A stretch of DNA of 64,000 nucleotides, taken from Psammoneis japonica. Taxonomy: Eukaryota. Under the pieces are notes generated by a model. It had not been told where the DNA came from. It saw only the letters and a list, made by a program, of their open reading frames with translations, and searched no databases. The DNA lies in the NCBI GenBank assembly GCA_008632985.1, contig QPGO01000007.1, positions 372,001-436,000 on the forward strand, read 5' to 3'. Position numbers and translations under genes: made by a program. Shown in pieces: positions 1 through 12,897 of the stretch; position 1 is the first letter of the stretch, and the number at the start of each line of letters is the position of its first letter.

Positions 1-730
1 AAGTTTCCCAATCCTTTGAGGTGCACCCACCTGCAACTGGTGAAGAAGTGGGGCATCCTCCACACTGAGCTTGGGGGTGCAGCACCTGCCTCTGGGCAAT
101 GCTCTAAAAAAAGGGGGGGTGTTGCCCTGCATGGCAGTGTGTGTCCTGGGCTCTTTTCATCTGAGCATGCTTTGGCGCTCTTGAAGGCTGTTGAGCTTGA
201 GCTTGTTCACCAGGTGCATGCTCTGCTGGGGAGTTGGACTTGGCAAACCTCATCTCCAAGGTGCATCCCAGGGTCTCCAGTGAAACTGGGCTTTATCTTG
301 GAGTGCTGGCTGAGCTCTTTCAATGCTGTCATGACACAGTTGTGCACCATCAGCATGTCATTGACACACATCAGTGCATGGGCAAAGCACCAAAAGCCAT
401 CTTTGAGCCTGACCTCTCGTTGGAGCCATGCATCTGGGTCAGTCAAGCATGGCCGTGACAGCCCACATGACACACACACAAGTGAGGCTTGGTCATTTCC
501 TGAGTTGCACACCTGTGCTTTTGAGACCACACAGTGCTTTCTGGGTGACCATTTTTGGGTCCAAACTCAGGACCCACCGGAGTTGTGGTTGTCCTTTTGC
601 TGCTGTTTGGAGCAGTGACACAGGTGCTCTTGATGTTTGCTGCCTTCACCTCCAAAGCACTCAGCGCTGTGAGACCAAAAGTCATTTTTGTGCTCTCTTG
701 CATTCCAACACTTGCATGCATCAAAGTTGC
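1..730 (-). mobile_element. Ty1/Copia (CoDi-like) reverse transcriptase remnant
   Basis: Minus-strand frames give HASVGMQES...LEVKAANIKSTCVTAPN...GPEFGP (cf. YASVVSRES...LEVKAADIxNAYxTAP...GPEFG), PCLTDPDAW, LMCVNDML (cf. YVDD, 357-368) and GDPGMHLG. Frameshifted. Confidence 0.8.
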
Positions 731-3524
731 AGAGTCTTTTTACAAAAATTTGAGCATGTGGATGTGGCTCATGAAGCAGCACCAGAGTTGACAAAACAGC
801 CCCACCATGCTTTGAGAGTTAAACCAGATTTGCAACCTCCACAAAAACTCACAAATGTGTTCTTCAGCAACAATTTTGAAAAGAGGAAAGCATGTAGATC
901 ACATCTGTGAAAATGCTCAGGTCATTTGCCAAAAACAATTGTTGTCAAACAACAACAATTTGCACACCAATTGTCACACTGGCAAAAAAATGTGGCAGCT
1001 CTTGCTTTGCAAAGAGACAAATCCAAGTGCCAAATGAGCTAACTTGTTGTTGACCCTAAATCTGTGGAACAATGTTCTTTGGAAAAGCATGGAAATGGCT
1101 TTGAGCCATGCAGATTCCATGTCTCACAGCATTGAAGTTTTGCCATTTGCTGTTGGTCACTCTGTTGTGCTTGTTTTGAGAACACCCACAAGATCAAGAG
1201 TTTCTGGATTCTTGGCCAGTCGCAATGTTGCAGTGACTGAGTTTGCCATCACACACATTAAAACTGTGCACTGGCTTGGCACTCAAGCTGAGCTCTGGTG
1301 AGTAAAAGAAAATTTGTTTTTGCAGTTTTCAAATGTGGCAGACAGGCCTGGACAATGGTTGCATGTTTTAGACCCCTGTCTCCCACCCAAAAGGGCACAA
1401 GCTTTGGCTTTGCCTGTTGCCAAAACCAGCAGGAGCCAACCAGCCCTTGCAGCAGTCCTGCCCTGGATTTTGCATGTTGCTGCAGCTCTCAGCCCACTTC
1501 TTGTTGACACAAAAGCAACCAACAACATGATGGTTGCTGTGCAAGCACTCCACAAGACTGTGCCACTCTGCATGGATTCACAGACATGTGATGTGCTGAA
1601 TGTTTGCAAGAGTCAGTTCATGCCTGGCTGGGTGTGTTTGACATTTCATTTCATTGACCCTTGCCACCCAGAAGAGCAGGGCAGTTCCCCCCAGTCTGTG
1701 CCCAATGCTGGCCTTTGTGAGCCAAATGCTGGTGCACACAAAAGCATGTGGCACACTGCATGACACTCTTTTGTTTTTTGAATGCTGACACCACTCAACT
1801 CTTGGGCTGCATTTCCTGAGCAGCTCTTGTTTCCTGGACAACACTTGGCTCTCCTGCTTTGCTGAGACCACAACAATCATTTTTGGGGCTCCTCTGTGTC
1901 CACCAGGGGCCATGGCTGCCAGTGCTGCATTTTTTTGCATTGGCAAATTTTGGCTGGTGGTCTTGAGAGGCAGACGCACTTTGGTTTTTGACCCAGTTGG
2001 TGGGAGAGTTTGCTGCAGCAGCTCCTTTCTCTCAGTGTCCAGTGCCACAATTGCAGCAAGCAAACTTGTTGACAGGATGCCATCAGTTTTTGCATTTGGG
2101 GAGTCACTTGGCAAAAGGCCACCTTTGACAGCACATCTCCACTTTGGGCAAATTGGGATGCTGTTGCGGTTTGCTGTGCCAAAAAAAAGATGGGGGAGGC
2201 TGTCAAAGCTGAGGCAGCTTTGTGTTTGCAGCTCAAGATGTCCACCCAAAGAGTTTGCATTTTTGCTGCTGCTGCCATTGTCGCTGTCAACATGTCTTGT
2301 CTCATGGCTGTCATTCATGTGCCAAAAGAACTCACTTCACTGAAAAAAGAAAGCACCGTGTTGTCCATTGTGTGAGGCAGTGTTCTGTGATGCAAAGGGT
2401 GTGTTGGAAAATTCCACAACTCCCTTGGCCAATGATGTGGAGCAATGCAAAATGCTTCTTCCATGATTTTGGGTTCAAGCAGCAGTGCCCAATGCTTTTG
2501 GCAAGATGCCATTGTTGTGAATTTTGCACCACTCTCATCTTGACTGCTGCTGTGCAGCCCCAAAGGGCGGAGAAGTGCTGGAGGCAAAGCAACATCTTCT
2601 TGTGAAAATCAAGACAATCAGCCCAGCTGCAGCAACAAACATCATTGCTCATCATCATGGTCAACAAATTGTCATTGGATTTCAATTGACGCTGTCATCA
2701 CAATGACTGTTTGCACTGCTGAGCCTTGTTTGGTCCATTCCATCGGTGGCAGATTTTTTGAATTCTGTGAAACCAGGCCTGCGGGGAGCACTGGCTGCTT
2801 GTCTTTCTTTGTGGGTGTGAGTGCATTGCCTGTGTGGCCCTGCACATGCAGGGCCCTGCCACCGGGGCTGGCATTGCAGTGGCAGAGTGGTGCAGCCACT
2901 GCACCAGTGACATGCAGACGACCGTCATGTTTGATGGCTCATGACATTTTTGGGGCTGCAGCGAGGGGCACGGGGACACTCTTTTTTTCCAGTTTATTGC
3001 CAAAATGGCACATCGCACAAACCCACTTGTTGTTTGACATGCTTTTTCCAATGTGACTTTTTTGTGCACAATTCATGATAAATTCTCTTTGTTCAAAGCC
3101 ACACACATTTGTCTGCATGCCATGCTGGCAACCCCAATCACAAGGCTTTCAAACTCTTCTCAAAAACAGTTCCGCGCACCCATTGCAGAGAATTTGTTGA
3201 TTTTTAGGATGTCCCCATGACCTCCAATGTCCTTGATGATCATTCTCTGAATCCAAGTGATCTGTTTGCACTGCCCCAAACAACACATGCTGCCGTTCCA
3301 AAATCCAAGGGACACACTAGAGTGACAGATCACAAGTGAAGACAACCACCTTTGCACTCACCATGTCATGCTGGTGTGCACACTTTCTGCAATGATGTTG
3401 GTGAACACGAGCAGTGAGTCCACATCCGGGTGCTGTTCTGGCTTCACTCCGGCTTTTCACTGGTGAACGCAGTGCAGAAGTGCACACAAACAATGTGCCA
3501 TGGTGCTTCAGCTTCAATCTGCAG

Positions 3525-4266
3525 CAGTGTTTCCCAAGTGTGCATTTTGGTCAAACCAAGTTGGCATCATTTTGGTTGAACCAAAACACTTTTGTTGACC
3601 AAATTGCCAGACGACCAGCCAAATCAATTTGGTTGACCAACTTCATTTCATGTGCATTGGTGTTTCCCGAATGTGCATTTTGGTCGGACCAAATTGGCAT
3701 TTTGAACGAACCAAATTTGTTGACAAATTTGATGCTCGCGACCAAAATGATTTTGTTTCCCAAAAACGTCATTTTGGTCGGGGGAATTTGGCGCGCTTTC
3801 GGCGAGAATCTTCCGTTGGAAAATGCGCATGTTGACACACCGTGCAAATTTCGTAGAAGCCACGTCAGTGTTGTTTGTGCAGAAATGCACATGAAATCAA
3901 TTTGGTCGAGATTTCACAAATGTCAATTTGGTCGACCAAATTGATTTGGTCGGTCTGGCAATTTGGTCAACAAAAAACATTTTGGTCCGACCAAAATGCA
4001 ATTTGGTCCGACCAAAATGCACATTCGGGAAACACTGTTTCCACACAAACAATGCTGACGCAGCTTCTACAAAATTTGCACGGCATGTCAACATGCCCGT
4101 TTTCCAATGGCAGATTCCCGCCAAAAGTGCTCCAAATCCCCCCCAACCAAAATGACATTTTTAGGAAACAAAGTCATTTTGGTCGCAAGCATCAAATTTG
4201 TCAACAAATTTGGTCCAACCAAAGTGCCAATTTGGTCCAACCAAAATGCACATTCGGGAAACACTG
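3525..4266. mobile_element. Non-autonomous TIR element (MITE-like, hAT-like ends), outer copy
   Basis: Starts CAGTGTTTCCCAAGTGTGCATTTTGGT at 3525 and ends ACCAAAATGCACATTCGGGAAACACTG at 4266, with many internal TTTGGT/ACCAAA subrepeats. No clear target-site duplication (TSD). Confidence 0.75.
3658..4037. mobile_element. Second copy of the same MITE, inserted inverted inside the outer copy
   Basis: TGGTGTTTCCCGAATGTGCATTTTGGT at 3658 to ...CATTCGGGAAACACTG at 4037. Its reverse complement aligns with the joined outer halves (3525-3657 plus 4038-4266). It retains many CpGs. Confidence 0.75.
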
Positions 4267-5749
4267 GTCAAAGATTCTGTCTTTGCATGTCTCCAAAAAA
4301 AAATTTGAGCATGCCACAATGAAACTGAAAACATTAAACTCAATGATGAGTGCAAACAACAATGCTCCACTTCTTCCCAGCTCCCATGCTGGCCAAAATG
4401 CCTTGAGCTTCCCAAGCAGCATGAACGCTTGTTCAGCAGTGGTGGCAGCAGTCGGAGGATTGGTGGCAGTGGTTTCCATTTGTTGCTGGCATGCAGCAGC
4501 TGCAGCAGCATCTTGCAAAGAGGATGCCAACATTGGACAGGCTCATTGGGGAACACCACAACCACAAGGCAAGCCTTTTGTTTCTCTCTTGTGAAATGTG
4601 GTGCAAGATGCATTGCCAACAACTCACTTTGTTTTCTTTCTTCAGTTTCTTTCCGACATGCTTGCAGCATGCAAAGACAGCAATGCTTGCAGCACCAACA
4701 CATCCAGTGCTTCTGACAAGATGAATCCATGGCACAAGCTGGACAGAAAGCTCAATGGAGAAAGCGGTGTGTGTCTTGTGCATGGCATCAGTGTTGCACA
4801 AAGTGGTGATCATGTGTCTGCTGCTAAAGGGAAATTTGCATGGGATGTTCCCAAAAAGAAGAGGGTCGGCATCCTGCCATGCCTTTCAGAGCTGCACCTT
4901 TAGGACCCTGATCCACAGGATCCTGAAGAAATGGGCGCAAAGGCCCAAGGTCACATGTTGTGGCAGCAGTTTCTTTGCACTCAAGCAGCTTTGCAGGAAA
5001 AGAGCGATGCTTCAATGGCAGCCAGGTTGCAGACTGAGGAGAACAACAACTGCCATGAGACCTGCTTTGGTCTCAATCCTCCCTCTGCTCTAAACTCAAT
5101 GAGCCTCACTTTCCCTCCCTCTCAAATGAATTCTGCAGGGGGGCTGCAGGAGCTCCAGATTCTACATTCAAGCACAGTGCTGCAACGAATGGAGCAAAAT
5201 CATCCCATCCAACCAAAACTGCTTGTTCTGCTTTGGCAACCAATGCTGCTGGTTCTGGCACAGCTGACTCTCCATTGGAAGTTGATGGCACTCCTTCTGC
5301 CTCCCTTCTAGAAGGCAATGGAAAAGTCACAAGGTGCAGCGGCAATTGCAGCTTCTTGACTGCAGCTAAAAGTGCTTTGGCTGATCTCAACTCAAGCAGC
5401 GGCAGCACTCTCTTGGTTCTCCAACAGCAAACTCAGAATCTTGCTGACAAACGCAGGCTTGAGAGCCTTTGCAGGGGTTGCATGGATGCAAAAGAATGCG
5501 GAGACAAGAATGACTGCCAGTGGTGCAATGCAAAGATCAAAGAGGAGGAATGCAAGTTTTTTGGGAGGGAGCAGGCACAACACCATTCACAACAGATGGA
5601 ACAGTCTGCGATTGAAACAAAGCTCTGTTCTGTGACACTGGCTTTCCTTTGTTGCAGCATTGGCTGGAAGCAGATGCATCCAGAGAAACAACAAGTGCAG
5701 GGAGGGTGACATGGGCCATTGACATTTTTCAATGAAAATGGCCACTCTG

Positions 5750-7020
5750 TCTTTGTCAATGTCTGCAGTTGCAGGTGATCCTCCAACTCTGGAGAACGCA
5801 GCCCAAGAGAGTTGCCAGTGTTGGATCCACTCAAGCACATGTGGATGTTGCAAAACAGAAAACCCATGCTTGAGCTTGAATTGATTCTTCTGATTCGTCA
5901 ACTTAAAGAGATTCACTTCACCTGCATGTCCCCATTCAACAGCTTCACAGCACCATTTCATGACTGCACTCTCAATGCTCAGTCCATTTGTGAGAAGTGG
6001 AGCCAATTGTGCAGTCTCATGCTTTGTCCAAGCACAGCTCCACACACCTTTTTGAAAGCTTGTCTCCATGAAATGAATGTGCTTTTCTTTGAAGTTCAGG
6101 GCAAGCTTGCTGGATTTGCAGAAGCCAGTCATCCATGTTGCTTCCATGTGGGGCTTGGCTGTCATGCCCACACAGATGCAATCAAACCAGTTGAGTCATG
6201 AGAAATGTTGAATGAATTGCAAAAGGATTGTTGTTGCAGCGCATGCAGCCATGATGACATTGGTTCCCACATGCATGCACGCATTCCATTTGGAAGATTG
6301 AAGGCAAACATTTTCAAAGCATGCTTTTTTGATTTTCCAGTGTGCAGCTTGCTGTGCTTCATTGCTTTGAGGACAATGCATGCTGCCTTCATGGTCTCCA
6401 TCTGGACCAGTGCAAGGAGCAGACACTGTGTAGTCTTTGCAATTGGACAATCCACATGCTGAGAATGTCCCAGGTTTGAAATGGACTCCATCACAATGAA
6501 CATGTTCTCTTGTCTCAGGATTTGTCAGAGTCATGTCTCTTCCAAGGTCAACTTGAATCACCTTGGCAAGTTCTGGGAAGTGTTGCACCCAACGTTGAAG
6601 GCCGGCTGGTCCTGCGACATTTGCACGCCTGGCATCAAGATGACAAACAAAGCATTTGTGTCTACATGGCCACTTCGTTGCCTCCCCTGAGATTCCATCA
6701 ATTGCCATTTCTTTGTGCATCTTCCCTTGTCTGTGCTTGATGAGTGTGTGCACCAACAAGTTCTCTCAGTGAAATGCAAGATCTCATTGATTGTTGGGAC
6801 AAGGCACTCAGACCCATTCAAGCAAGTCAAACAGCACCAACATTCTTTGCAGCTTGTCCTTGGAAAATGATGCAAACTCACCCGTCTCATCATCATCTTG
6901 GAAATCATTGATTCAGGTAAACCGCGAGGCATTTTGATGTGCCTTTTTGGCCATTGCTGCATCAGGAACATTGCCAACTTCAGAGTTAATTCAAAGCCAA
7001 AGAGTGGAGTGCAAAACACA
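5750..7020 (-). mobile_element. PIF/Harbinger-like DDE transposase remnant
   Basis: Fragments GLQRWVQHFPELAKVI, GLSNCK...PCTGPDGD, KKHALKMFAFNLPNGM...EPMS and AVEWGHAGEVNLFK resemble DDE_Tnp_4 motifs (GFIDC, KKxHxLKxxxxxxPNG, xVEWxF/Y). Multiple frameshifts. Confidence 0.6.
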
Positions 7021-7049
7021 GTTTCTAAATCCTTGCAATGACACTTGAG

Positions 7050-9050
7050 TCATGGCATCAACAAAGTGCAGCTCAGGAACATCTTCCACTTAGGAAATGA
7101 TGTTGCCTCATTCCAGTTTGCCCAACACGAGCACCCACAAGAAAATGCCCCCATCAATGCCAAGGCAGCACTTTGTTGTGCTTCCCTGCAAAGCATCCCA
7201 TCATTGATGGACATTCCCCATGATTTATGATGTTTCTGCTCAGTCCATTGTCTGGGCATTCATGTCCTTTTGCCGGTGAGAGGATTGATGATTTTGATGA
7301 AGAAAGACTCTGGAGACTGTTCAACTCTCCTGGCAAACAATTTTTGTTCTCGTGTTCCATGAAGAAATCTTGTTTTCAATTTTGGATTCAATCAACTTGT
7401 TCTCAAGTTGATGGGAAGTCATTTTGGAATTGACAAGATTGTGGGAATTGTGATTCCTTTTCATCATGATGTCAGGGTTTTGGTTGATTCCATCATGCGC
7501 AAAAGCAACTGTGTTCATGATCTGTCACTCTGCTCTCAAATTTGGACAGACCTGCCCCCCAACTGCCCAACTGCCCAACCCCAACTGCCCGACTGACACA
7601 AAAAAGTCAGCAATCACCAACCACTGAGTGGTCAATGAAATCTGCAGTGCTGCATGCAAAATCATTGTAAAATCCACCCTTTTTGAACTCAGGGTTCTTT
7701 GATGCCAACAATGTGAAGCAGCCACCTTTCACCACTTTTGTCATGTGCCCGCAATCAGGTGGCTGCTGCAAAAAAACCCTCAGCAGTGTCTCCAACCATG
7801 TCACACATTGCTCTTTAATGAGTGCAACAATGCTTTGTGTGTCCCCATCTGAAGTCATCTCACGGGGCACAATGCCCACATCATTGGACTGGAAGGCATT
7901 GTCATTGTCCAACAGCAGCTTTCTTGCAAGTTTGATGTTGGCATGCTCTTCTGCCACCCCAGGGCCACACTTGGAATTCTGAGAACATGAGCCTTCACAG
8001 GAAAAATCAATCTTGCCAGGAAGAACATCATGACATTGCTTTTCAGGATGATTTTGAGGGTGCATGGCAACAATTTGGGGACAAGCACCACAGCTGATTT
8101 GATCTGCAATTGCAGCAAGCAGCTTGCCTGTCACTGAGCCAATGCAGACCAACCAATGAAGCACACCTTTAACTTGACAACAGATCCACCACATCAGCCC
8201 GCCATCATCGCCTCGTTGTTCATCACCCCAGCATCATGACTGTGATGCTTTCCATCTTGATCCATAAATTCAAAGTTGCCCTCACAATGTCTCTGCTTCC
8301 TGCTTTCTTCCACATGCTCTCTTCCATTCTGAAGCAGTTGCTCTTTTGCCACAGGTGGCCCAACCTTCTCAATGCATTTGAACTGCTTGTCGATTGCAGA
8401 TTTTGGCAGGCGCACACCCCGCCAAACCCCGCGTGAAGCTCCTGCAATTTTTCTCTTGAACCACCAGCATCAATGGAAGCCAGCGCAACAAGAATTGTGT
8501 TTTCTGACACAAGTTGGTCTGATGGTTGCATCACTTGTTCTGCTTGCCATCGCACCATTTCCTTCCAACAACAGGAACAATGCCAAACTTCTTTCAAGCC
8601 AGATGACAGATTGTTTCCATCCACCAACCTCGCATCATGACCACACTTTTGATTGTGATTGAATGCATCTTTTGTCCATTTGTCATCCATTTTGATTCTG
8701 GCCTTCTTGCAGCCGGTCATGTTGTCAAATGAGTCCGACGTGCAATTTTCTTTGTTGTTGCCTGTGGGGACAGTGGAGCCGACACTTCCGCTGTTGTGCT
8801 GAGTTTCAGGAGAGCTTCCAGCACCCTTCTCCACATCATGGTTGAAACTGGGCTCACTGCCATTTGATGCATGTGCCTTGGATGCAGCATCTTCCAACTC
8901 TGAACTCTTCTGAACTGGGGCACAAGCACAACCGACATTCTCGAAAACTTTGTGAGCAGAAAGAAACAGCGTCTTGTTACGAACAAAGCAGTTTGTGGCA
9001 CAATCCTTGGAATGGCAACACATGCATCACGTTGTTCTTTGTGACATTTA
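7050..9050 (-). mobile_element. Mutator-like (MULE) transposase remnant
   Basis: Fragments ILVALASIDAGG, CIGSVTGKLLA...SCGAC, CSQNSKCGPGVAE, MTSDGDT and PDCGHMTKVV resemble Mutator-like transposase motifs (IGxxTGK, CxxNxxxSSxxME, xSDxDS, DxxHxxK). Confidence 0.6.
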
Positions 9051-9655
9051 AATTTAAAGCCATTGTCTTGAAATCCAAACTTATGGTAAGTGTGACAAGC
9101 ACCGTGGTTGTTGAATTGGTCCTGTGCCATCTGCATGGGGATGGCTGTGATGAATGGACGAGTGCGGCGGTGTTCTTTTTGATTGGGTGACGATCTATCA
9201 AAAGATACACTCGCCCAAGATTCCTTTTTCTTCAGTTTTTCAACGTAACCTTTCGTACTAAGTTAACTGTAAAAAGGAATCAGAATCAATCCGTTCGCAA
9301 AACGCCACTGACGCACGACAATATCATATGATGAGGATTGATGTTCTTCTTCCGTTTTCTCATCCTCTTGTGTGGCATGACCGCATCGCCATTACCGACC
9401 CTTGTGCAAGAGCCATTATCCATTTACTGGAGTACAACATAGCCCTAGGGTCTAGTATTCCGATCATTGATACTGTCTCTTCTCGTCAGATACACCAACA
9501 CATTTGCTCCATTCCATTCGAGCAGTTTCATCGCAGAGAGGCAACGCAGCCAACGAATGTGACGGACGACTCATCCTTGCGCAAAATATTCGAGTGAAAC
9601 GAAAAAGATACTGGCGCTGCAGGAGTGCTTGGAAACAAGTCTCGTTTTCAAAATC

Positions 9656-12600
9656 ATGGAACAGTCGTCGGCAACTAACAGCAACAGCATTGACATGTCA
9701 GCGGATTGGTTCTGCGCTTTGCCACAAGATAAGCAAGAGGACATTCGTCGCTTCCAAGAGAATGATTCAACATTCACGGAGCTTGTTCTCTGGGCCAATT
9801 CCATTGGAGACGAGGGTGCCGCGGCCATTGGAAAAGCATTGGAAAAGAATAAAACATTGACGGTGCTTAATCTCTGGGGCAATTCCATTGGAGACGAGGG
9901 TGCCGCGGCCATTGGAAAAGCACTAGAAATTAATTCAACATTGGTGTCGAATCTCCGGACGCTGTACCTGAGCTACAATGACATTACAAGACTTCCACGG
10001 TCCTTTGTCAAACTTAAGGGAACGTGCGAATTTGAGGTGAAAGGTAATCCACTGTTGGAACCCCCGTCCGAGATTGCCAAACAGGGCCTCGGGGGCGATT
10101 GCTCGTTACTTTGAAGCCTTGGATAAAGGGGGGGGCAACCACATCCAGACAGCTCAAGACGGTGCTCGTGGGGGATGGGGAAGCAGGAAAGACGAGCCTG
10201 CGCAATGCCATTGCCGGCCGTTTCCCGGCGCGGACAGAGGGTGAGGAGGAACGGACCATCTATCTCAATGTGGAACCTGCGCGGATAGATGCACCCGAAG
10301 GATACAGCAATGATCCAATTACGCTAGTGGTCTATGACTGCGGCGGTCAGCAAGACTATGCTGTCGGGCAGGCTCCATTCATGACCGCGTCGTCGCTCTT
10401 TCTACTTGTCGTGGCGGCGGATAAAGCATACGACGATTTCTATGAGGAAGTAGTGCATCGGTTTCTTGTGCTACTACAGGCGAGGGCACCGGGTGCCGTG
10501 GTGCAACTTGTCCTATCCAAGGTTGATCTTGTGCCGGACGAGTTGGAAGAGGTTGAACGAAAGCAATGGCTCGAGAAAAGAATGCAATGGCTCAACAATG
10601 AAGTCCAAGGGCAGCTTCAAAAATGGCGTCATGCCGCCGCCAATCGAGAAGGAGAGGAAAGTGCTCTTCAAGATCGTGCCATTCCAGAGGACTCGACGGA
10701 AAGAAAGAAGCCGCCGCTGCTCCGGATCCTACCCACTGTCCTGGGAGTATCCGTAACGAGCCGCAGCGCGATTGCAGGCTCGCAGGAACAGGTGAGCAAT
10801 ACCATCTTTAGGCACACGCAGGATCATGAAAAGCCCAGGTTGTCAAGTGTCGGTACGCTAATCCCAAAGTCATGGCAAGAGCTGTGGAAATTCTTCGGCG
10901 CTGTTCTTCAATGCGGCACAGATGCTGATGAAGAAGGGCTTTTCTCTGTAGCAAGTTCCGATGATGCCATTCCATTGGGCGAGATTGGGAACATGAAGAC
11001 GACTACAGACGGCGAAATGGAGATACCAGCCAAAGGACCGTACTGTTCAGTTAAGAGGCTCAAGTCTTTGTGGAATAAATTCCGCTTCTTGCACTCCCCC
11101 TTGGCTGACAACACTACGTTTGGCGATGCACTAGGACTTCTTGAAGCCCGGGGCAGCGTTTTTGTTGATGCCGGGCTGGCGTATTTGCAACCGTCTTTTG
11201 TAACCGATTTGATCAAACCTCTGATAGACCACACTTTGACGCTCGAAAAAATAGAATCACCGGCCTTTAAAAGCAGCATCGAAGTATTTATAAAAAAGAG
11301 AGATAAGAGACCGCCTGCTGGACTGCGGAGTCTCATAATTAAGGGTCTCAAGAAGCTGGCAGATAAGGGAGAGTTGGATCCCGTGATTCTTCCCTTCTTG
11401 TGGCGTGACCTGTTAAATGATTACCAAGACTTCCCAATGATCCTCCAGATGCTTCTGGATTCGGACGTTATTTTTGGATCTTCGCTTGATGACGGTTTGC
11501 GTGGCCTCAAGCCCGTGGTTCTTTTTCGACAACGAAAAGAAGTACAAGCGGAAGAGTTGCAAAAGGCGTGGCCAAATCTTGTGCCTGATGACCAACAGCA
11601 GCAAGAGCTGCGTCTGAAGATGTGGGAAGGGTGTCCTCCAAGTCTTGCTGCACATTTTGCCGCCGCGACTCATGCACATGGTAGATGCATCTGTGCATGG
11701 CTCTACGGCGCGATTGTCCTCGACGAGAACACCAACCGTCGCGTGCGGTCGGAGCTTGTTGAGATGGAAGGAGAAGCATGGTTAGTATTCACAGCTCGTG
11801 GTGTTCGCGTTGACGGGGACATGTGGAGTCTGTTGCAAGGTGCTGTCGAATTCGTTATCGCGGAAAGAAACAATCATTTTCCAGGTTTGGATTTCGATTG
11901 TGTACTCGCTTGTGCGCGCTGCATTAAACTTGGTAGAGCCGTCGACGAGCGCCACGAGTTCGACTGGACTGAAGTGGTTGAGCAGAGGACAACGGATTCT
12001 CTCGTTTGTGACACATGCAAAGAAGTTGTTGAAGTCGGAAGGGTGTTCCATGTTGGAGATGGAGCTTTCCATGAGAGCAAGAAAGCTCAGAAGGATGAGT
12101 TGCTTGCCAAAATGATGGAACGCCTTCATCACCTTTATCCGACACAAGGTATACCTGGTCATTCGCCAACCTACGTCTCGCCGAGTACAGCTGTTGTACG
12201 AAACGTCACTAGCTTGTACACGCAAGCACTGTTGGATGGTATCGAGACATCTGTGGGAGAGTTATCAGTGGCTGGGGTGATGAATCCCAACCTTGAATGG
12301 CCGGTCGACCCTGACGGCGATCCGTATGTGTTTTTGTCGCACTGCGGTATCGATGCCAAAGAGACTATCGCTCGTCCTACGCATTGGCTTCTCACGAAAA
12401 GAATGGGCATCAAGACCTTCATCGATGATGGAAGCTTGAAAACTGGGGAAGACCAGATGCGTTCTCTACTCGAAGCTGCGCATACGTGTACCCATGCCGT
12501 GATTATATTGTCACCGAAATTTCGAGAGAGTCGCTATTGTGTCATGGAGCTCAACACTTTCATGATGCGACGGGAGCGGAAAAACTTGAAGGTATTCTCG

Positions 12601-12897
12601 TACCTTTGGAAGCTACCGGGAGACAAAGTCGACGACTTTGCTCCAGCTCTAAAGAGGATGATCTACCTCGAGGCTCGGATAGATGATCCCGCAAGGTATT
12701 TAGTCGGAAGACTGTGGCCAGACCTCATTGAATGTCTCAAGTGCGATCGAGACAAGCCAGAATGGGATGAATTATCATTGAAAGATGAGCTGGTGCGATA
12801 CGTTGAGGAGCATCGCCTAGACGAAAGTACTCCTCCCATTCCCAAAAGTTTGTACGTATATGCTCATGATCAAAATACTGGGTCTAGTCGCTTCTAG
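9656..12897 (+). CDS. LRR-Roc-COR (Roco) GTPase with C-terminal TIR domain
   Basis: RI-like LRRs (LxLWxNSIGDEGAAAIGKAL); P-loop GDGEAGKTS, ERT, YDCGGQ and SKVD; a COR-like region; TIR VFLSHCG...TFID...IILSPKFRESRYCVMEL. ORFs 9629-10114 and 10099-12897 join if one G is removed from each of two G runs near 10091-10135. Confidence 0.85.
9773..9940 (+). repeat. Two near-identical 84-bp LRR-encoding units
   Basis: CAATTCCATTGGAGACGAGGGTGCCGCGGCCATTGGAAAAGCA is repeated exactly at 84-bp spacing. The units differ mainly in the LxLxxN segment (TELVLWAN vs TVLNLWGN). Confidence 0.85.

Larger units (their letters stand above)
1..9200. other. TpA- and CpG-depleted transposon graveyard (hypermutated domain 1)
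   Basis: TA and CG are rare and TG/CA abundant; all frames are Cys/His/Gln-rich and Tyr-poor. Contains Copia, MITE, Harbinger-like and Mutator-like remnants. Normal composition resumes around 9190-9270. Confidence 0.9.

Noticed and set aside
1000..3500. Possible further TE or gene remnants, also at 4270-5700
   Set aside because: Coding-like in places but no motif I can assign with confidence.
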